Positions 18,244 through 32,119 of a stretch of 64,000 nt of DNA are shown here, piece by piece. Position 1 is the stretch's first letter, and each line of letters starts with the position of its first letter. The translations under genes were made by a program, and so were the position numbers. This DNA is from Amoebidium appalachense (Eukaryota; Protista; Ichthyosporea): positions 806,001 to 870,000 of the forward strand of contig CAVNZM010000014.1 of the NCBI GenBank assembly GCA_963693365.1, given 5' to 3'. The notes below the pieces were generated by a model that saw only the letters and a list, made by a program, of their open reading frames with translations, was not told where the DNA came from and searched no databases.

Positions 18244-18810
18244 TGACGTCATCCTGCGTCATATGGTTAGACTATTCTCACTCCCCGTAAGAATCTTTCG
18301 GAGGCCGTCGGTGGATTAGGTGTGGTATGTGCCGCTTTTGATTGGACGAGATCGACGAATTTAAATTCATCTAATGGTTGAGTGATCTGTATATATTCTA
18401 ATTGGATATCTGTCAGCCACATCTAAGTCGAATTTATATGATTGGCCTTATAAGTGGATCTAGGCAGTTCGGCCCAGTTGCGAACTTGCGGTTGGGGGCA
18501 ATGCGGGCAACTTCAACTTCGGCGTCAGTGCGTCACTCATGATTCATCAGTAAAATTCTCTCAGAAACAAAATGCAAAAAGATTTAGCTATTAGATGTTA
18601 TAAATATATATTATACTTCAGAAACAGACAAAAATGAACATTTTTGTCCAGGTAACAACTTACCAGCGCAGTGAAGTGTCTGACCATCTGACGTGCAGTG
18701 ACGTCAATTGGGGTTTGGAATGTGCGCATGCGGCTTCGAATCTATTGAATTGATTGGTCAGCTAATCTAATAATATTAGTGATAGCGCCACAGGATCTGA
18801 TTGGGCTCAG
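18244..18810. promoter_or_regulatory. Promoter-like region upstream of CRTC-like gene: CRE palindromes, half-CREs, CCAAT boxes, NRF1-like site
   Basis: TGACGTCA at 18244-18251 and 18699-18706. CGTCA half-sites at ~18257, ~18522 and ~18531. Repeated ATTGG at ~18341, 18401, 18441, 18753 and 18800. TGCGCATGCG at ~18723. Confidence 0.55.
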
Positions 18811-20441
18811 GCAGATTTTCGGTATGTTGCGGGCGTAGGGTCACTACTAGGGTGTGAAAATTGTACCCTTCTGCCGTTGTAGTAGTAGTCGACTCGAGGC
18901 ATGGAGCTGCCGTAAAAAAGAATGTACAAATGGTCCTGCTTAGTCAGTGACTCTTGAAGGATTTTTCACCCTCCGGCGCATCCGCATTCGGCTGCTAAGG
19001 CAAAAAGAAAATCAGTGGATTCTGACTGGACATGTTGCAAGATCTTTCGGGCCAGTGTTGCCCAAGGCCCCAAAGTAGACGGAGCTTCGCCTACGTCAGT
19101 ACACTACCCACTGGGCAAAGGCTGCTTCATAACCTGCTACCTTCTGAGGACTTCTGAGGTATATTTTTCAAGGGGACGCGGACGACCCAGAGAGCGGGTG
19201 ATCACGTGACTCACCTGCCCTTGAAAAATGTCGATTTATTAATATTCAGTACGTGCCAGTGTGTCGGGCCGCAGTTGAGACAGCACTCAAAGTGACTCAT
19301 AGGGCCATATAGTGCTAACAGAAGGACCTGGTAACGCCGCATTCCGATCTCCTTCCATTTTGGTCAATCCGCTCAAGCCGTTATTGTGGAGAAGGGCAAC
19401 AGAAGTTGGTTTTAGCGCAAAATTAGAGCGTGCGCAAACGGCATACCGTTTATGCTATATAATATGTATTGCTAACACAAAAGCAAAACAATATACCAAA
19501 TATGTTATAAAAAGATAAGTTGTGTACAAAAACAAGAAACAAATGTTGGTTTTTTACTGTTTTGTTATCTTTCGCAGTATGCAATGGCTTCGCAGCTTCA
19601 AGGCGAAAAATGTTGCCATTCTCTGGCTTAAACGAATCAGATAGAGCCGGCTCAGGGAGGCTGATCGGTTGATTGGACCTTGGTTAGAATCGGATTATCC
19701 AAAGTTATATGAGCTGATTGGATCCGGAATTCCTCTCGAAGAATTTGAGCCATTTGATTGGATCCGGAAATCCCTTCCCTCTAGGGTTATTTTTTTGAAT
19801 TATCACTATTCGGCAAGATGTACAGTACATAGCCGGGAGCCTCGCGGCGCCACAACTTTGAACTGGCTGGGCCACTGAAATTCACAAATTTTCCCCTTAG
19901 CTATAGCACCCTGGTCCTCCATGCTCGGTTCAATGCATGTTAGGCACGTGTAGGCCACTGTTTGGCAGACAGGTCACCTGGTTAGTGCATATTTGCCTCA
20001 CATTATTCCCCAAAACATATAGCCTTGTGTTGCGAGTCACAATAGTGTAAAAAAAAACGCATTCACGAAGTTCCGATGTTTTTTTGGACTCCTTCTGAGC
20101 TCGAGCTCCCTTCGGCTGCGCGCCCTCAGATTTTCACATGTACCACGTACGCCTCGACACACGCCACGTGCATATCATTGAATTCACGTACGTACAGCCT
20201 GTGTAAGTAGATATTCGAGAAAAACGGCACTTCCGTCATCTCTAGTGCCTACGAATTCTGTTGGTCGTCACATTGAGTATTTATATGATTTTCACACAGT
20301 GTTCAGGTATCTCAGTATGCACTTGTTACTGGATAACTCGTGAAGTTTTTATTGTCTTCTCAGTATGCCGTGCATACTTGCATATCTTTCCGTCGAATAA
20401 ATCCAGTCAAAAGAAGAAAAAAAAAAAACTAATCCAGTCAA

Positions 20442-20673
20442 CAGTGCGGACTGGATATCGGCACTGGGTCGGACGGGCACTTTTCGGGGTGCCCATATCC
20501 ATATGTGCCGATATCCAGACCTCTAGGGGGGCCAATTTAATTATAGAGCTAGGGGGAGTACTTAGTCTTAAGACTCTCAACCCGGCCTGAATAGATCGGG
20601 CCGGGTCGGCTGCCAACGGTGCCCATATCCAGATGTGCCCTTTTCCAGTGGTGCCCATATCCAGTCCCCACTG
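20442..20673. mobile_element. MITE with Tc1/mariner(pogo)-like TIRs
   Basis: 23-bp TIRs CAGTGCGGACTGGATATCGGCAC / GTGCCCATATCCAGTCCCCACTG (2 mismatches). TA on the right flank, AA on the left. Internal CCATATCC subrepeats. Confidence 0.75.
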
Positions 20674-21107
20674 TATAGCTGTCGAAGTACCTCAACGGTA
20701 GAAGTCATCGATACAGTAACTACGGCAACTGCATCCACTCAGTGATCACTGATAGATAGGCTGCACGTGCGTGGCGTGCACTTGCCATCGGTACGATGTA
20801 CACACACACGGTGCACTTCGAATTCAAACGAGCACGGATGTGCATACGTACACGTTTAATTGCATGTGCACGTCTTTGAAGGTCTTCCCATGGTGCACGT
20901 GTAACCGTGACTTGCCACTACTAATATGTCCTATGTACTGATCCGTACTCGGTGCAGCTAATAATGTCAACCAAAGCTTTCAAAGATCGCCGGGGTACAG
21001 TAGGGGCAAAGGGGGAAGGGGGGGGGGAGGGGAGACGGGGGGGGAGAGCGAGAGTCTCAGAGAGAGAGAGACTCAGAGGAGCAGAGGGGCCCGGGGAGGG
21101 GCCGGGG

Positions 21108-21142
<35 letters not shown>

Positions 21143-21209
21143 GTGTGTGTGATATATGTGTGTGTGTGTACACATGTACACATGCGCGTGTGTGCGTGTG
21201 TACACGTGA

Positions 21210-21278
<69 letters not shown>

Positions 21279-21351
21279 TGTGTGTGTGTGTGTGTGTGTG
21301 TTTGTGTGTGTGTGAGCGAAAGAGAGAGGGGGAGGGGGGGGGGGGGGGGGG

Positions 21352-21513
<162 letters not shown>

Positions 21514-21528
21514 GGGGGGGGGGGGGGG

Positions 21529-21576
<48 letters not shown>

Positions 21577-23899
21577 AGAGAGGGAGAGAAGGGGGGGGTT
21601 GGAGGGGGGAGGGGGGAGGGAGGAACTATGTTTAATAGTACTTCAAGGAGATGAATTCCTTGACATATGGGAACCAGACTCTCAGCATATGTTATGAGTT
21701 GACTCATGATCAACCATTCGCACACAAACTTTTTTTTTTTTTTTTTGGGGGGGGGGGGGGGAGGCAGGGATTGTGTGACATGTTTTGTGTGCGCATGCCA
21801 GTGGTTGTCGCTGAAACTCCCAGAAGGTCTCAGAGACCAATCCCATTTCATTTATAGCACACCATCTATGGGTATCATATCCCCCCCCCCCCCCCCCCCC
21901 ATCCCCCCCCCTCCCTACTTCCCTCCCTCCCTCTTCTCCTCCTTTTAGGCTCCAGCGCTAAGCTTTCGCCTAGGCTGCTAGGCTACCCCTTCTGCTTGAA
22001 ACTCCTCACCAATTGACTATCCTACCTCGCGTTGGTGTCACGGTGCTGCCCCTAACATCGAGATGGGCGGATCCTAACAAATTCATGCCACAGGTTTATC
22101 TGTTAAATGTGAAAATGTCTATGCCGGGTTAGGTTTAATTTCTCCCGAATTTTCTTATATGGCGGTTGCAATGATTTGCAAATATAGGCAAAGCCATTGA
22201 TATTTGATATGTCTCTAGCATCAACATCATGCAGAACTGATAACGTTTGGCTTACAAACGGTCTATTGTTTGGGAAATGGACTAGGCTTATGGTGGAATG
22301 TCGGGACTACCTGTTTACATGTAATTACTAAGGGGTTCGTTTCTTTGCACAAACTCGAAGGCATCTATGATACAAAGAAGGTGCTACAAAAGACTGGGCG
22401 CAATATTAATGGCATCGGGTTAAATCGACTGTAACGCGTGATAAAAAATTACGTGCATTCATGTGTGACCCCATTTGGCACGCAAAGAGCATGATGCTGA
22501 CCGAGGGGCTGTATACGTGAGAGCTGGCTATTTATTTAGACCATGCCAGGTTTATTCGATATGGTTGCTACCATAAATGTTATCGATTCATTCATTCGTT
22601 TCCGTTAAACTATGCATGTACATCAATTGCACCAGTATGAAGTTTGCTGCAACGTAGTATATGTGACACGTGTATGTGGCCTGCCGTGGCCAAACGTCGG
22701 AAAAGGGGGGGGGGGGGGGGGAGGGGGGGGGGAGGGGGGGCTCGTGAAGGTGTGCACGAGGAAAGGGGGGGGGGGGGGGGGGGGGGGGTAATGTATTCAG
22801 TATGCAGATGATTCTGGTGGTCACCCCAAGTGCACAGGAATACCTCGACTATTTGCTATAACCCATGCCCGGAGTCACCCACACCTCGCGTAGGTACACC
22901 CATGATGCACGCAACAGTTAATACAAAAAAACACAACCTTAATATTCAACTTGCACTTTGCTCGCTTAAGGTAGACAATACCACTGTGTGCGTGTGTGTA
23001 CACACCCGTATCCACGCAAGATCCATGGGCCGTGCAAGCGGACACCCCACACACACAAAGCCAAAGAAAAACGACGTCGTGTGCATGCTGGCAGACACGT
23101 GTGTACCCACATTCTCATTATCCACACGCACCCACTCACGCCCACCAACCCATGCACACGTACAGGTGACCGTAGGATGCACAAATATGAAACAAACGCA
23201 CACCGTGATGTATACATATGCCACACACATGTACACAAATGCAACACAAAAACAAACACATGTACACATGCAATGATAAGTTATCAAACACGCGTACACC
23301 CGTATACCCATCATCGTACGCCGACACGCGTAGCCCAGATGCTCGTTGACCATACAATCTGATAGTAATATCACATGTACACACAACAACACTTCTTGAT
23401 ATACACACATGCATTCTGGCACGTGCACACAATTTCAACTCATCTAGCTCGACTCAAGAACATGTTTACTTCATGTTTGTCCTCTATTTTTTTCATTCAA
23501 GTAATCTGTACATCATTCATGACTTGCGATTGCCCACCTTCATCGAGGTACACTGTGACATTGGCACACACCTTCCCCCCTATCTCTATATAAAACTTAA
23601 CTGAGATCAAATTGTTTCTTACATACGGTCCCCTAACACCAGTCAGTCAGAAGAATGCCCCCCCTCAAACCCCCCCCCCCCCCCCTCCCCCCCCCCTCCC
23701 CCCCCCCTCCCCCCCCCCCCCCCCCCCACACACACTATCACCACTCCCACAAACCACACACCCGGGCGCACTAACGCTACCCCTTGCCTCCTCTAAGGTC
23801 CGAGTAAATGAATACCATCTCATAACTCTCCAAATGTGGCCGCTCAGCCACACCCAGGCTTGCCATGTCATTCTACAAAACTGGTGCCATCCTAACCCC

Positions 23900-24300
23900 A
23901 CTACCCAGTGGCAGCATGACATACACACACTACCAGTGCTTGCTTTCACCACCTGCTTCCGCTGCCAGCGCTCGATCCCACTACCAGTGCTTGCTTTCAT
24001 GACCAGGGATTGATTCGAAAACCAGTGCTTGCACACACTCAAAGCACTTGCACAAAAATGCTTGCATCACTACCAGTGCTTGCATCCGTTACCAGTGCTT
24101 GCTCTCACCACCCTCAATAATGCTTGCATTCACTACCAATGCTTGCATCCGTTAATAGTGCTTGCATTCATCCAGTGCTTTCACCACCCTCAATAATGAT
24201 TTCATTCGCTACCAATCCTAGTCCTTGTTCCCACTACCAGTGCCTGTGCTTGCTCCCACTACCAGTGCTTGCATCCATCCACTACCAGTGCTTGCATCCA
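23900..24300 (+). repeat. Degenerate minisatellite (core CACTACCAGTGCTTGC) downstream of Deltex stop
   Basis: About a dozen imperfect copies of ACCAGTGCTTGC with variable spacers. Confidence 0.75.
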
Positions 24301-24336
24301 TCCACCACCCGTGCTCACTTTCCCCCACCCGCCATC

Positions 24337-25666
24337 TCATGACCGCACAATGCTCTTTGAGGTGACACCCTTATCAGCCAACTCCTCCTTTACACGGCCG
24401 AAATAGCCTGGGTCCGGGTAGCCGAAGCTGGTGCCACTCATGTTGGTCTTGTGGTGTATGCCTGCACACCACAAAGGGTTAATCAAATACCTGTGCTCTA
24501 GTGTCACATGCGCACACACATGCACGTGCAGGGAACGGAACAGGCAGGCAGGCACACGGTGACTCACACACAGACACACAGCACACACACATGCCCACAC
24601 ACACACACACGGACGTCGAATTCCGCACGCACGCACGCACAGAGACTCACGTCCGCCCAAACACAACCACACGCACACACGCAAGCAAACACCCCCCCCA
24701 AAACAGCGAAACCACAAAAGCCAAATACGCATACGTGCTCTTATATCTACACATGCACCACACCTACACCCCATGCACACACACACTGACCACCCTCAAG
24801 GCCCACTGAGAAAAGTCACGTGCAAGGGGGGGGGGGGGGTTCAACAAAACGAAAATACCCCCCCCCCCCCCCCCAAAAAAAAAAAAAAAGAACACACAAG
24901 CGCCATTTGGAAATTTTTGCATTGTTATGTCCACTTTCAGTCACGGGTTGAATGTCTCCCAAACACAATTCGTGCATTTCACAGATGGGGGAGGATTTTC
25001 CGTAGGCATTTGAACTTGGGTGTTCCCAAAAGGAAAGTGCAATGGGAAGGCCAATGTGGGGGGGGGGGGTTGGAATGCGGAACACGGTACGAAGTAAGCA
25101 TACACGACGAGAAGCATGGTGCAGGACACATGCAAAGGCAAACATTCAAGTATGCAACATCAGCCATGGGCACAGTATGCGTCATAAGCAGAGCCCATCC
25201 TCAGGGAGGGCCCAAGTCGGGGGGGGGGAGGGGGGAGGGGGGAGGGGGGGGGGGTGGGGGGGGGGGGGAGTTGCACCATTCCAGATGACGGTGTTTTTGT
25301 TCCCTGTTGTCAGAGATGTGCCCACGGTGAAGATCAGCTTGCGGTCAAATGCAATCTTGAGTAGCTGCACTACCTCCGTGCCCTGTGTGTGTGTGTGTGT
25401 GTGTGTGTGTGCGGACGGGCCAAGAGCGCTGGAACAAGGGGGGGAGAGGGGGGGGGGGGGGGAGGGGGAAGGAGGGGGGGGGGGGGGGGGGGATCCCTTA
25501 ACCCATAGTGCCGTGATGGAGCCATGTACCTAGACCAGCAAGATGTGGGGTTTGTGTATGTGAGCAGGAAGAGGGTTGATCAGGCCTCCCATGAGTGTCC
25601 ACCTTTCTGTGTTGGTAGTAAGTTCAGTAACCGGCATATTCCCCCAGGATGAATGTGTGTGTGTGT

Positions 25667-25697
<31 letters not shown>

Positions 25698-25708
25698 GGG
25701 GGAGGGAG

Positions 25709-25742
<34 letters not shown>

Positions 25743-26373
25743 TTTTCCTACCTCCGGGGTCTCCGGTACATAAGCCACACGTTTGGTGCCGTGGTAGGGT
25801 TGGCCTGGATTGGGGTGGCTGGGGCCCTGAAAAGGAGAGAATGGTGGGTGTGTGTGTCAGTAAATGGGTGGAAGGGTGGAAGTGGATGGGGTGACAGAAG
25901 GGTACGGAGAGAAAACAACAAAGGTGCCCACAATTTGAATTTGTTTGTGTGTGTGTGTGTGTGCGTGTGTTGAGAGGGGAACGGGTGGAGGGGGGGGCGA
26001 GGGGGGGGCTTTGCCAAAATGCACGAGGAGTTTAAATTTACTTATTGTTATCTATGTCTAAAATCGTTGCTAGGTCCATTATGAAATGACGTATCAGTAT
26101 AAGTAAATAAATAAAAAATAAAGATCTGGACAAACAACCAATAAGAAAATGAAAAACAATCACAAACACCACAAACATATCAACCATGAAGAATGCACCC
26201 ACATAAAGACCCCCCCCCCCCCCCCCCCCCTCCGCGGGCGCTGCCGCGCAGAATCCCAACCACAGCTTCACCACTAGCTGAACTCGATCAACACATTCCA
26301 AGCACCCCCTCCCCCCCCCAACTCCCCCCCCCCCCCCTCTTCCCCTCCCACTCGTTCCCTCAAACAAATAAAA

Positions 26374-26419
<46 letters not shown>

Positions 26420-27083
26420 GGGGGTGATAGCGGACCCACCTGTATGCCGCTTGGAATGTAGTAGTAGATCTGCCATGTACGTGTGCCTGGATATCCACCA
26501 CACGATTGCTGTGTGCGTATCCCCATAGCATCAGCACACACACACACCTTAGTTACAGTTGCACGTATGTACAAATGGAAGAGGGGACACAATCCCCATA
26601 TAAACACCGCAAGTCGACAATGAATACTGGAATTTCCATTAAACGAGCCAAAAATGGCGCCATTTCCATATGTTTTCAGATATTCCCGTTCATATACCGC
26701 CATTTCCGTACATGCCCTATAAAGCACACCAGAAGAAGCAAACGACACTTTCATGTGTCTCCTTGGACAGTTATGTGTGGCTATGACGTCATATGCAGCA
26801 ACTGCACAGCACATTCAGTGGTAGAATATTGTTGTATCCCACCCTGTCCCTCGAAAGTAAAAATAATCTAACTTAACATAAAATTTATAATTAACAAACC
26901 ATTTCCCAAAAAAATTAAATAAAGAAAGAAAAACGAAAAAGGGAAATAAGGCAAAATCTCACTCACGTTCAGTTGTGTGATTGTCATTGTGCCGTCTGGT
27001 TGGTTGCCGGTGTAGGTGCCGTACTTCCTCTTGCACATGGGGCATGACATGCAGTTGTGCTTGAGCAGGGGCAGGATGCACGC

Positions 27084-27157
<74 letters not shown>

Positions 27158-27199
27158 CGTGTGGTGTGTGTGCGTGTGTGTGTGTGTGTGTTATGTGTG

Positions 27200-27232
<33 letters not shown>

Positions 27233-29487
27233 TGTACATGCATGTACATGTGACTGTGTTTGCCCTATGTATAGGGGCTGTCGGAAACAGGAGAAAATAT
27301 GAAACCAAATTAACTACCTGGCAAACCAGACACAGGCATAAGGTGACCCATAACTAATGTGAACATAGACATCCACTTACATAGTAGTCCTACCTAAGTC
27401 CCACTCCATCTTTTTACGTTTACCCCCCCCCCCCCCCCCCCCCCCCCCCCCACATTCTTCATCTCCCCTCACTCGCCCTTCCTCTCCCCTTCCCCCCCCG
27501 CTCCGCCCTCCCGAGCTCTCTTTCTTCACATATCCCACGACCCCTTTCCTCTCTTTCTTCATTCTTTCTTCGCCCGCCTGCTGCCCATCTTTCTTCCTTT
27601 AGTCCCACTCCCCCCCCCCCCCCCCCCCCCCCCCCCGCCCCGCCCCACTCCCCACACGTTCTTCCGAGACAACCGAACGCACCTGCATGGAATGGATGAC
27701 TGACACACTCCTTGAAAGCAATGGCACCGGTAGTGGCTGTGGTTCCAATCTCATCGCAGCAGATTGCACAGTCATCCTTGTTGGGCTCCCTGCTTGCAAC
27801 CGCATAAGCATGGTGGTGGGGCATGTGCCGGGCAGGGGGGGGAGGGGGGGGGGGAGAGAGGGGGAGACGCTAGAGTGATCATCATTTCAAATGTAGAAAA
27901 GAAATAACAGCATATTCCTCCCAAAAGAAATAAGGGAGAGTGGGAAAACGGGAGAGTGGTGGGTGTAAATGGGGAGGGAGCTGAAAAAAAAACCAAGGAA
28001 AGAAGACAGACACACCGGCAAACCATCCGCTAAGCCAACCCTTTCACCTACTGCTCCCATGGGGTTCAATCGCACATGCTGGGCCTATGCCTGAGCCAAA
28101 TGATTTGGCCTAGAACCCCCCCCCCCCCCCCCCGTTTTTCTCCCCCGACCCTTGTCCCCCCCATCCCCCCACCTGCCCCACTACACCTCCCCCCTTTCAA
28201 TGCCCGTAACCTTAAAACAAACCACACCAGCCATACAGCACACCCAAAGGGCAATATAAGAGCAGGAAAGCCGTTGCACTTTCAACCAAAACCTCTGGTT
28301 ATGCACCACACACTCAAGCCATCTTTTAACCTGCTCACATGCATACATACAGGCAGATGCACAAGTGCGCCTGGGCACAAACACACACAGACAGACACGT
28401 GCAGAAAACATAGAAATGGTCGTGTATTACTCATACACGAGGGAGTTTTTACACAAGTGCATACACGCACACATCCACACAGGAATACCCCCAAGTGAGC
28501 ACTCACTCAACCATTCGCACACACCTACAATATGCACACGCACACACGCGTGCCCACACACACACACACACACAACCACAACCACATGCACATCCACCCC
28601 CCCCCCCCCCCCCCCTCCCCCTCCCCACCCACCCACCAACACAGCCCTCCCCTCCCCCCTCCCCCCGCCACCACCTCCCCCCCCTCCCCCTCCCCCCCGC
28701 CCTCGAGCTCCCTCCCCTCCCCCCCCCCCCCCCCCCGCCCCAACCCCCCCACACACAACACGTGTACACATACGTAATTGGTGGACCCAGCCATTCTGCC
28801 GGAACTTGCGCAACCGCTGCCGCCGGATGTGTTGCATGTGTTTGTGCATGAGCCTGGGGTACAACAGGGGCAGCTGGTTGCGCAGACGTAGATGTGTTAC
28901 CAAACACAAAAGGAGCGGAAATAGGAGGTTGCGTACCAGAAAATGGAGGGTGTGCGTGTTGGAGATGTGTGTGTGTGGGTTGCTGTTGGGGGAGGAAAGA
29001 GGAAAAGGCTCCGGCAGCGGCGGGCGGTGGCACGTTAGGGTCACGGCGGATGTGACGGGCAAAGCCGGTGTGCGTGTTGGTCTGTGTCATGGCACGGAAG
29101 TTCACCTGTTTATGTGTCGTTTTGTTATTAATAATTGCTTGTTGATTTTTATTTATTAATTACTTTTGTTTTTTAATTTGGGTTTTATTTTATTATTGTT
29201 GTTGTTGTTATTGTTGTTGTTGTTGTTGTTATTATTACTAAGTTATTACTATTATTATTATTATTATTTGGGGGGGGGGGGGGGGGGGGGGGGAAGGGGG
29301 TATTCACGAAGTGTCGTATACATGGAGTGGATATATGCATAGGCAGAACTGTAGCTGTCCCCCTATCCTATCGTGCAGCAGGGACGCGCGATATTGTCAA
29401 TAAGATGGTGTATGAAGAAGCAGCACGGCAAAAAAAAAAAAAAAAAGAGGAAAAAAATAAGAAAAACGCCAGGAAGTTGTGTGTGTG

Positions 29488-29555
<68 letters not shown>

Positions 29556-30086
29556 CCCGCGCGCGTGTGTGCATGTGTGCGTGTGTGCGTGTGTGTACAT
29601 GATTGGATGTACATCAGGCTTGTGCGTGTGCGCCTGCTGTTGCGTGCATGTTTGCATGGGTGTATGTGTGTCCGTACTTGTATGGGCACCTGAACTTTTG
29701 TGTCAAAGTGTGCATGTGTGTGCACGTGTGTGCGTCTGTGCACACGAGTGAGTGTGTGTGTGAGTGTGTGTAACATGTCTGTGCTTGTGCTTGCCAAGGT
29801 GTGTGTGTGTACGTGTGTGTGCATGCGCACCCTCAAAATATCTGGGTGTGCGGTCTCCTACCCGGTACGACTGGGGCATCCACTGAAACTGGCCCTGGCA
29901 TAGATAGTAATCTGCCTGCGTGACGTTTAAAAGGTAGTGGAGGTATGCTGCCTCAAGCTCTCTGAACGGAAATGGGGAGAGGGGGGGAGGGGGGTGGGGT
30001 GGGGTGGGGGGGGAATGGAGTTAGCAGGCATGATCTGCATGAGAAAGATGGGGCTGTGTGCGTTTGCGCTTAGGTCTCTGCTAGTG

Positions 30087-30144
<58 letters not shown>

Positions 30145-30236
30145 GTGGGTGGGTGGGTGTAGCTGTCTCATGTCTAGTGTGTGCTTGTACTGCTATTACG
30201 TGCACTAACGTATATATGTATCGATGTGTGTGTGTG

Positions 30237-30267
<31 letters not shown>

Positions 30268-31321
30268 TGTGTGTTTGTGTTGTGTGTCTGCATGCCTTTG
30301 CGTGTTGTGTGTGTGTGTGTATGAGCGCTTTAATCTTAAAAACTGCTCACGCACTTTTGGTTCCAGATGCAATGATTTGCGCTCAATAAGGGAGAAGGAT
30401 AGAGCTACGGAAGATATGAAAGCAAGAACGAGGCTTTAAGTGCAGCCAGCTAAGTCAAAGCCCCGTTTCAGTATAGAGTATAGTGAATGCTTAGCACGGA
30501 GAGCAGCTTCACACAAGCATGGTGTCAAAAAGCACCAAACAGGGACACCAACCAACAATCCTAGCAAGCTGTGCTAACAACTTCATAATATTCATGCCAG
30601 GCATAACCACACGTGCACTGCATCATGCGCAATGCCTATTGCAGCAAACAATTTCTATCAAAAGAGTGCTCACTCTAGCTAACACACACTCGGTGACCCA
30701 ATAACCAAAAATGTTTGGAAACTTGGTGATGACAACAGACACCCAGTTATTTCCAACTTTCCGTTGCACTCTTGCAAAGATGTGTAAAGTCTTTAAAAAA
30801 TTTAGCCGTGAGACAGCACATGAACAACGTGCAAGCCAAGTTGAAAAAGTGACAGGTAGAGCAAAGGGGTAGAATCTCCAAGCATTTACGAGAAAAACCG
30901 CCGTGAAGAACATGCCTCATCTATGCCGCACAGAACTGCAGAAACGCACAGAACTGCAGCATCGACTCAAACGCAAATATGCGTTCCCCTCCACTCCCCC
31001 TCCCCCTCCCCCCTTTCTTCCACCCACCTCCGACCCCCCCTCCCCACCCCTTTCCCCGCTAAATCAACCCCATACACACACACGCACACACGCACAGCAC
31101 ATGCATATCTCCAGCAGACGCTTGGATAAGCTCATATTGACAAGCCCACACCTACACCAAAGAGTCTCAACCCGCCCCACGCCGCCAACACGCAGAACGC
31201 AAAGACAAACAGACATAAAACACACACAGGTGCACACACGCACGGCCACCTACAGGCAGTTGATCTGTTCATAGTTGTTCCAACTCCGCTCCTGCCACTG
31301 CCATGTCACTGTGTTTGCCAT
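24337..31321 (-). CDS. DTX: Deltex-family E3 ubiquitin ligase (WWE - low complexity - RING-H2 - Deltex C-terminal domain), at least 9 exons
   Basis: WWE: [29 protein letters not shown].../[26 protein letters not shown]2: CAICCDEI...[33 protein letters not shown]: GNQPDGTM...[29 protein letters not shown]/...[47 protein letters not shown]. Confidence 0.93.
25070..25218 (-). mobile_element. Family A element, 5'-truncated and diverged copy in the last Deltex intron
   Basis: Matches the first ~148 bp of the unit as read on +, with several substitutions. Poly-G on both sides. Confidence 0.9.
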
Positions 31322-31539
31322 GTTGCCGGATGCAAAAAACGTGGTGTTATCCTTTTGCGTAGAAACCACACCCTATACGGTCTTGTATGCTACCAAATAC
31401 CAATTTTACTTGTATAATCTCCTAGATTATCTTCCTATAAGTCTCCGTTGAACCCTACAGAGAACTACCTACATTCCGTTATCCTTATATAGGCCTACCC
31501 AGCTGCTACGTATCCGCCTCGCCAGCTTGTACCCCCTAC

Positions 31540-31690
31540 ACGTCGCGCGAAGTTCCAGCAGTGATGACGTAACACAAGTCAGAGCGCTTGGCGATTGGCT
31601 GAAATTGCATCAATGACCCATATAAGGCTAGAGCGGGACATTACGTAATTTCTCCTGGAGTTTTCGCGCCAAAACTTCCAAACGTGGAAC
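31540..31690. promoter_or_regulatory. Probable bidirectional promoter (Deltex / TEN1 side)
   Basis: TGACGTAA (~31565), ATTGG (~31594), TATAAG (~31620) and E2F-type TTTCGCGCC (~31662), about 250-350 bp upstream of the Deltex ATG. Confidence 0.5.
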
Positions 31691-32050
31691 TTGCAACAAG
31701 GCTTGAAGGGGTTTTCTCGGACACACTCTGGGTTTTCTCGGACACACTCTTTCATGTTTCAAACAATTGCTAACGGAGGCAATTAATGCGTTTTCCGACT
31801 TCTGCCTCGTTAGCAGTGTTCATGGCAAGGTGATAGAACAGTTCTAGCTGGGGCTACTGTCTGTAGTCATAAGGGCAGAGAGCACCCGGGAAGCGGGGGG
31901 AGGTCGTAAAGCCATCACAGCGATTGAGTAGAGGAGGTGGGCGCGTACTCCACTGTGTTGGCAGAAGCCGTTTACACCTTGAAGGTTTTGACCCTTGCGA
32001 TTATTTTTTGGTTCATCCATCCCACTTTTTGGGCACGTAGAGCTCTCATA

Positions 32051-32119
<69 letters not shown>

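Noticed and set aside
26584-26765. MITE with AGGGGACACA/TGTGTCTCCT ends in a Deltex intron
   Set aside because: The TIR is only ~10 bp and imperfect, with no TSD and no second copy in the window.
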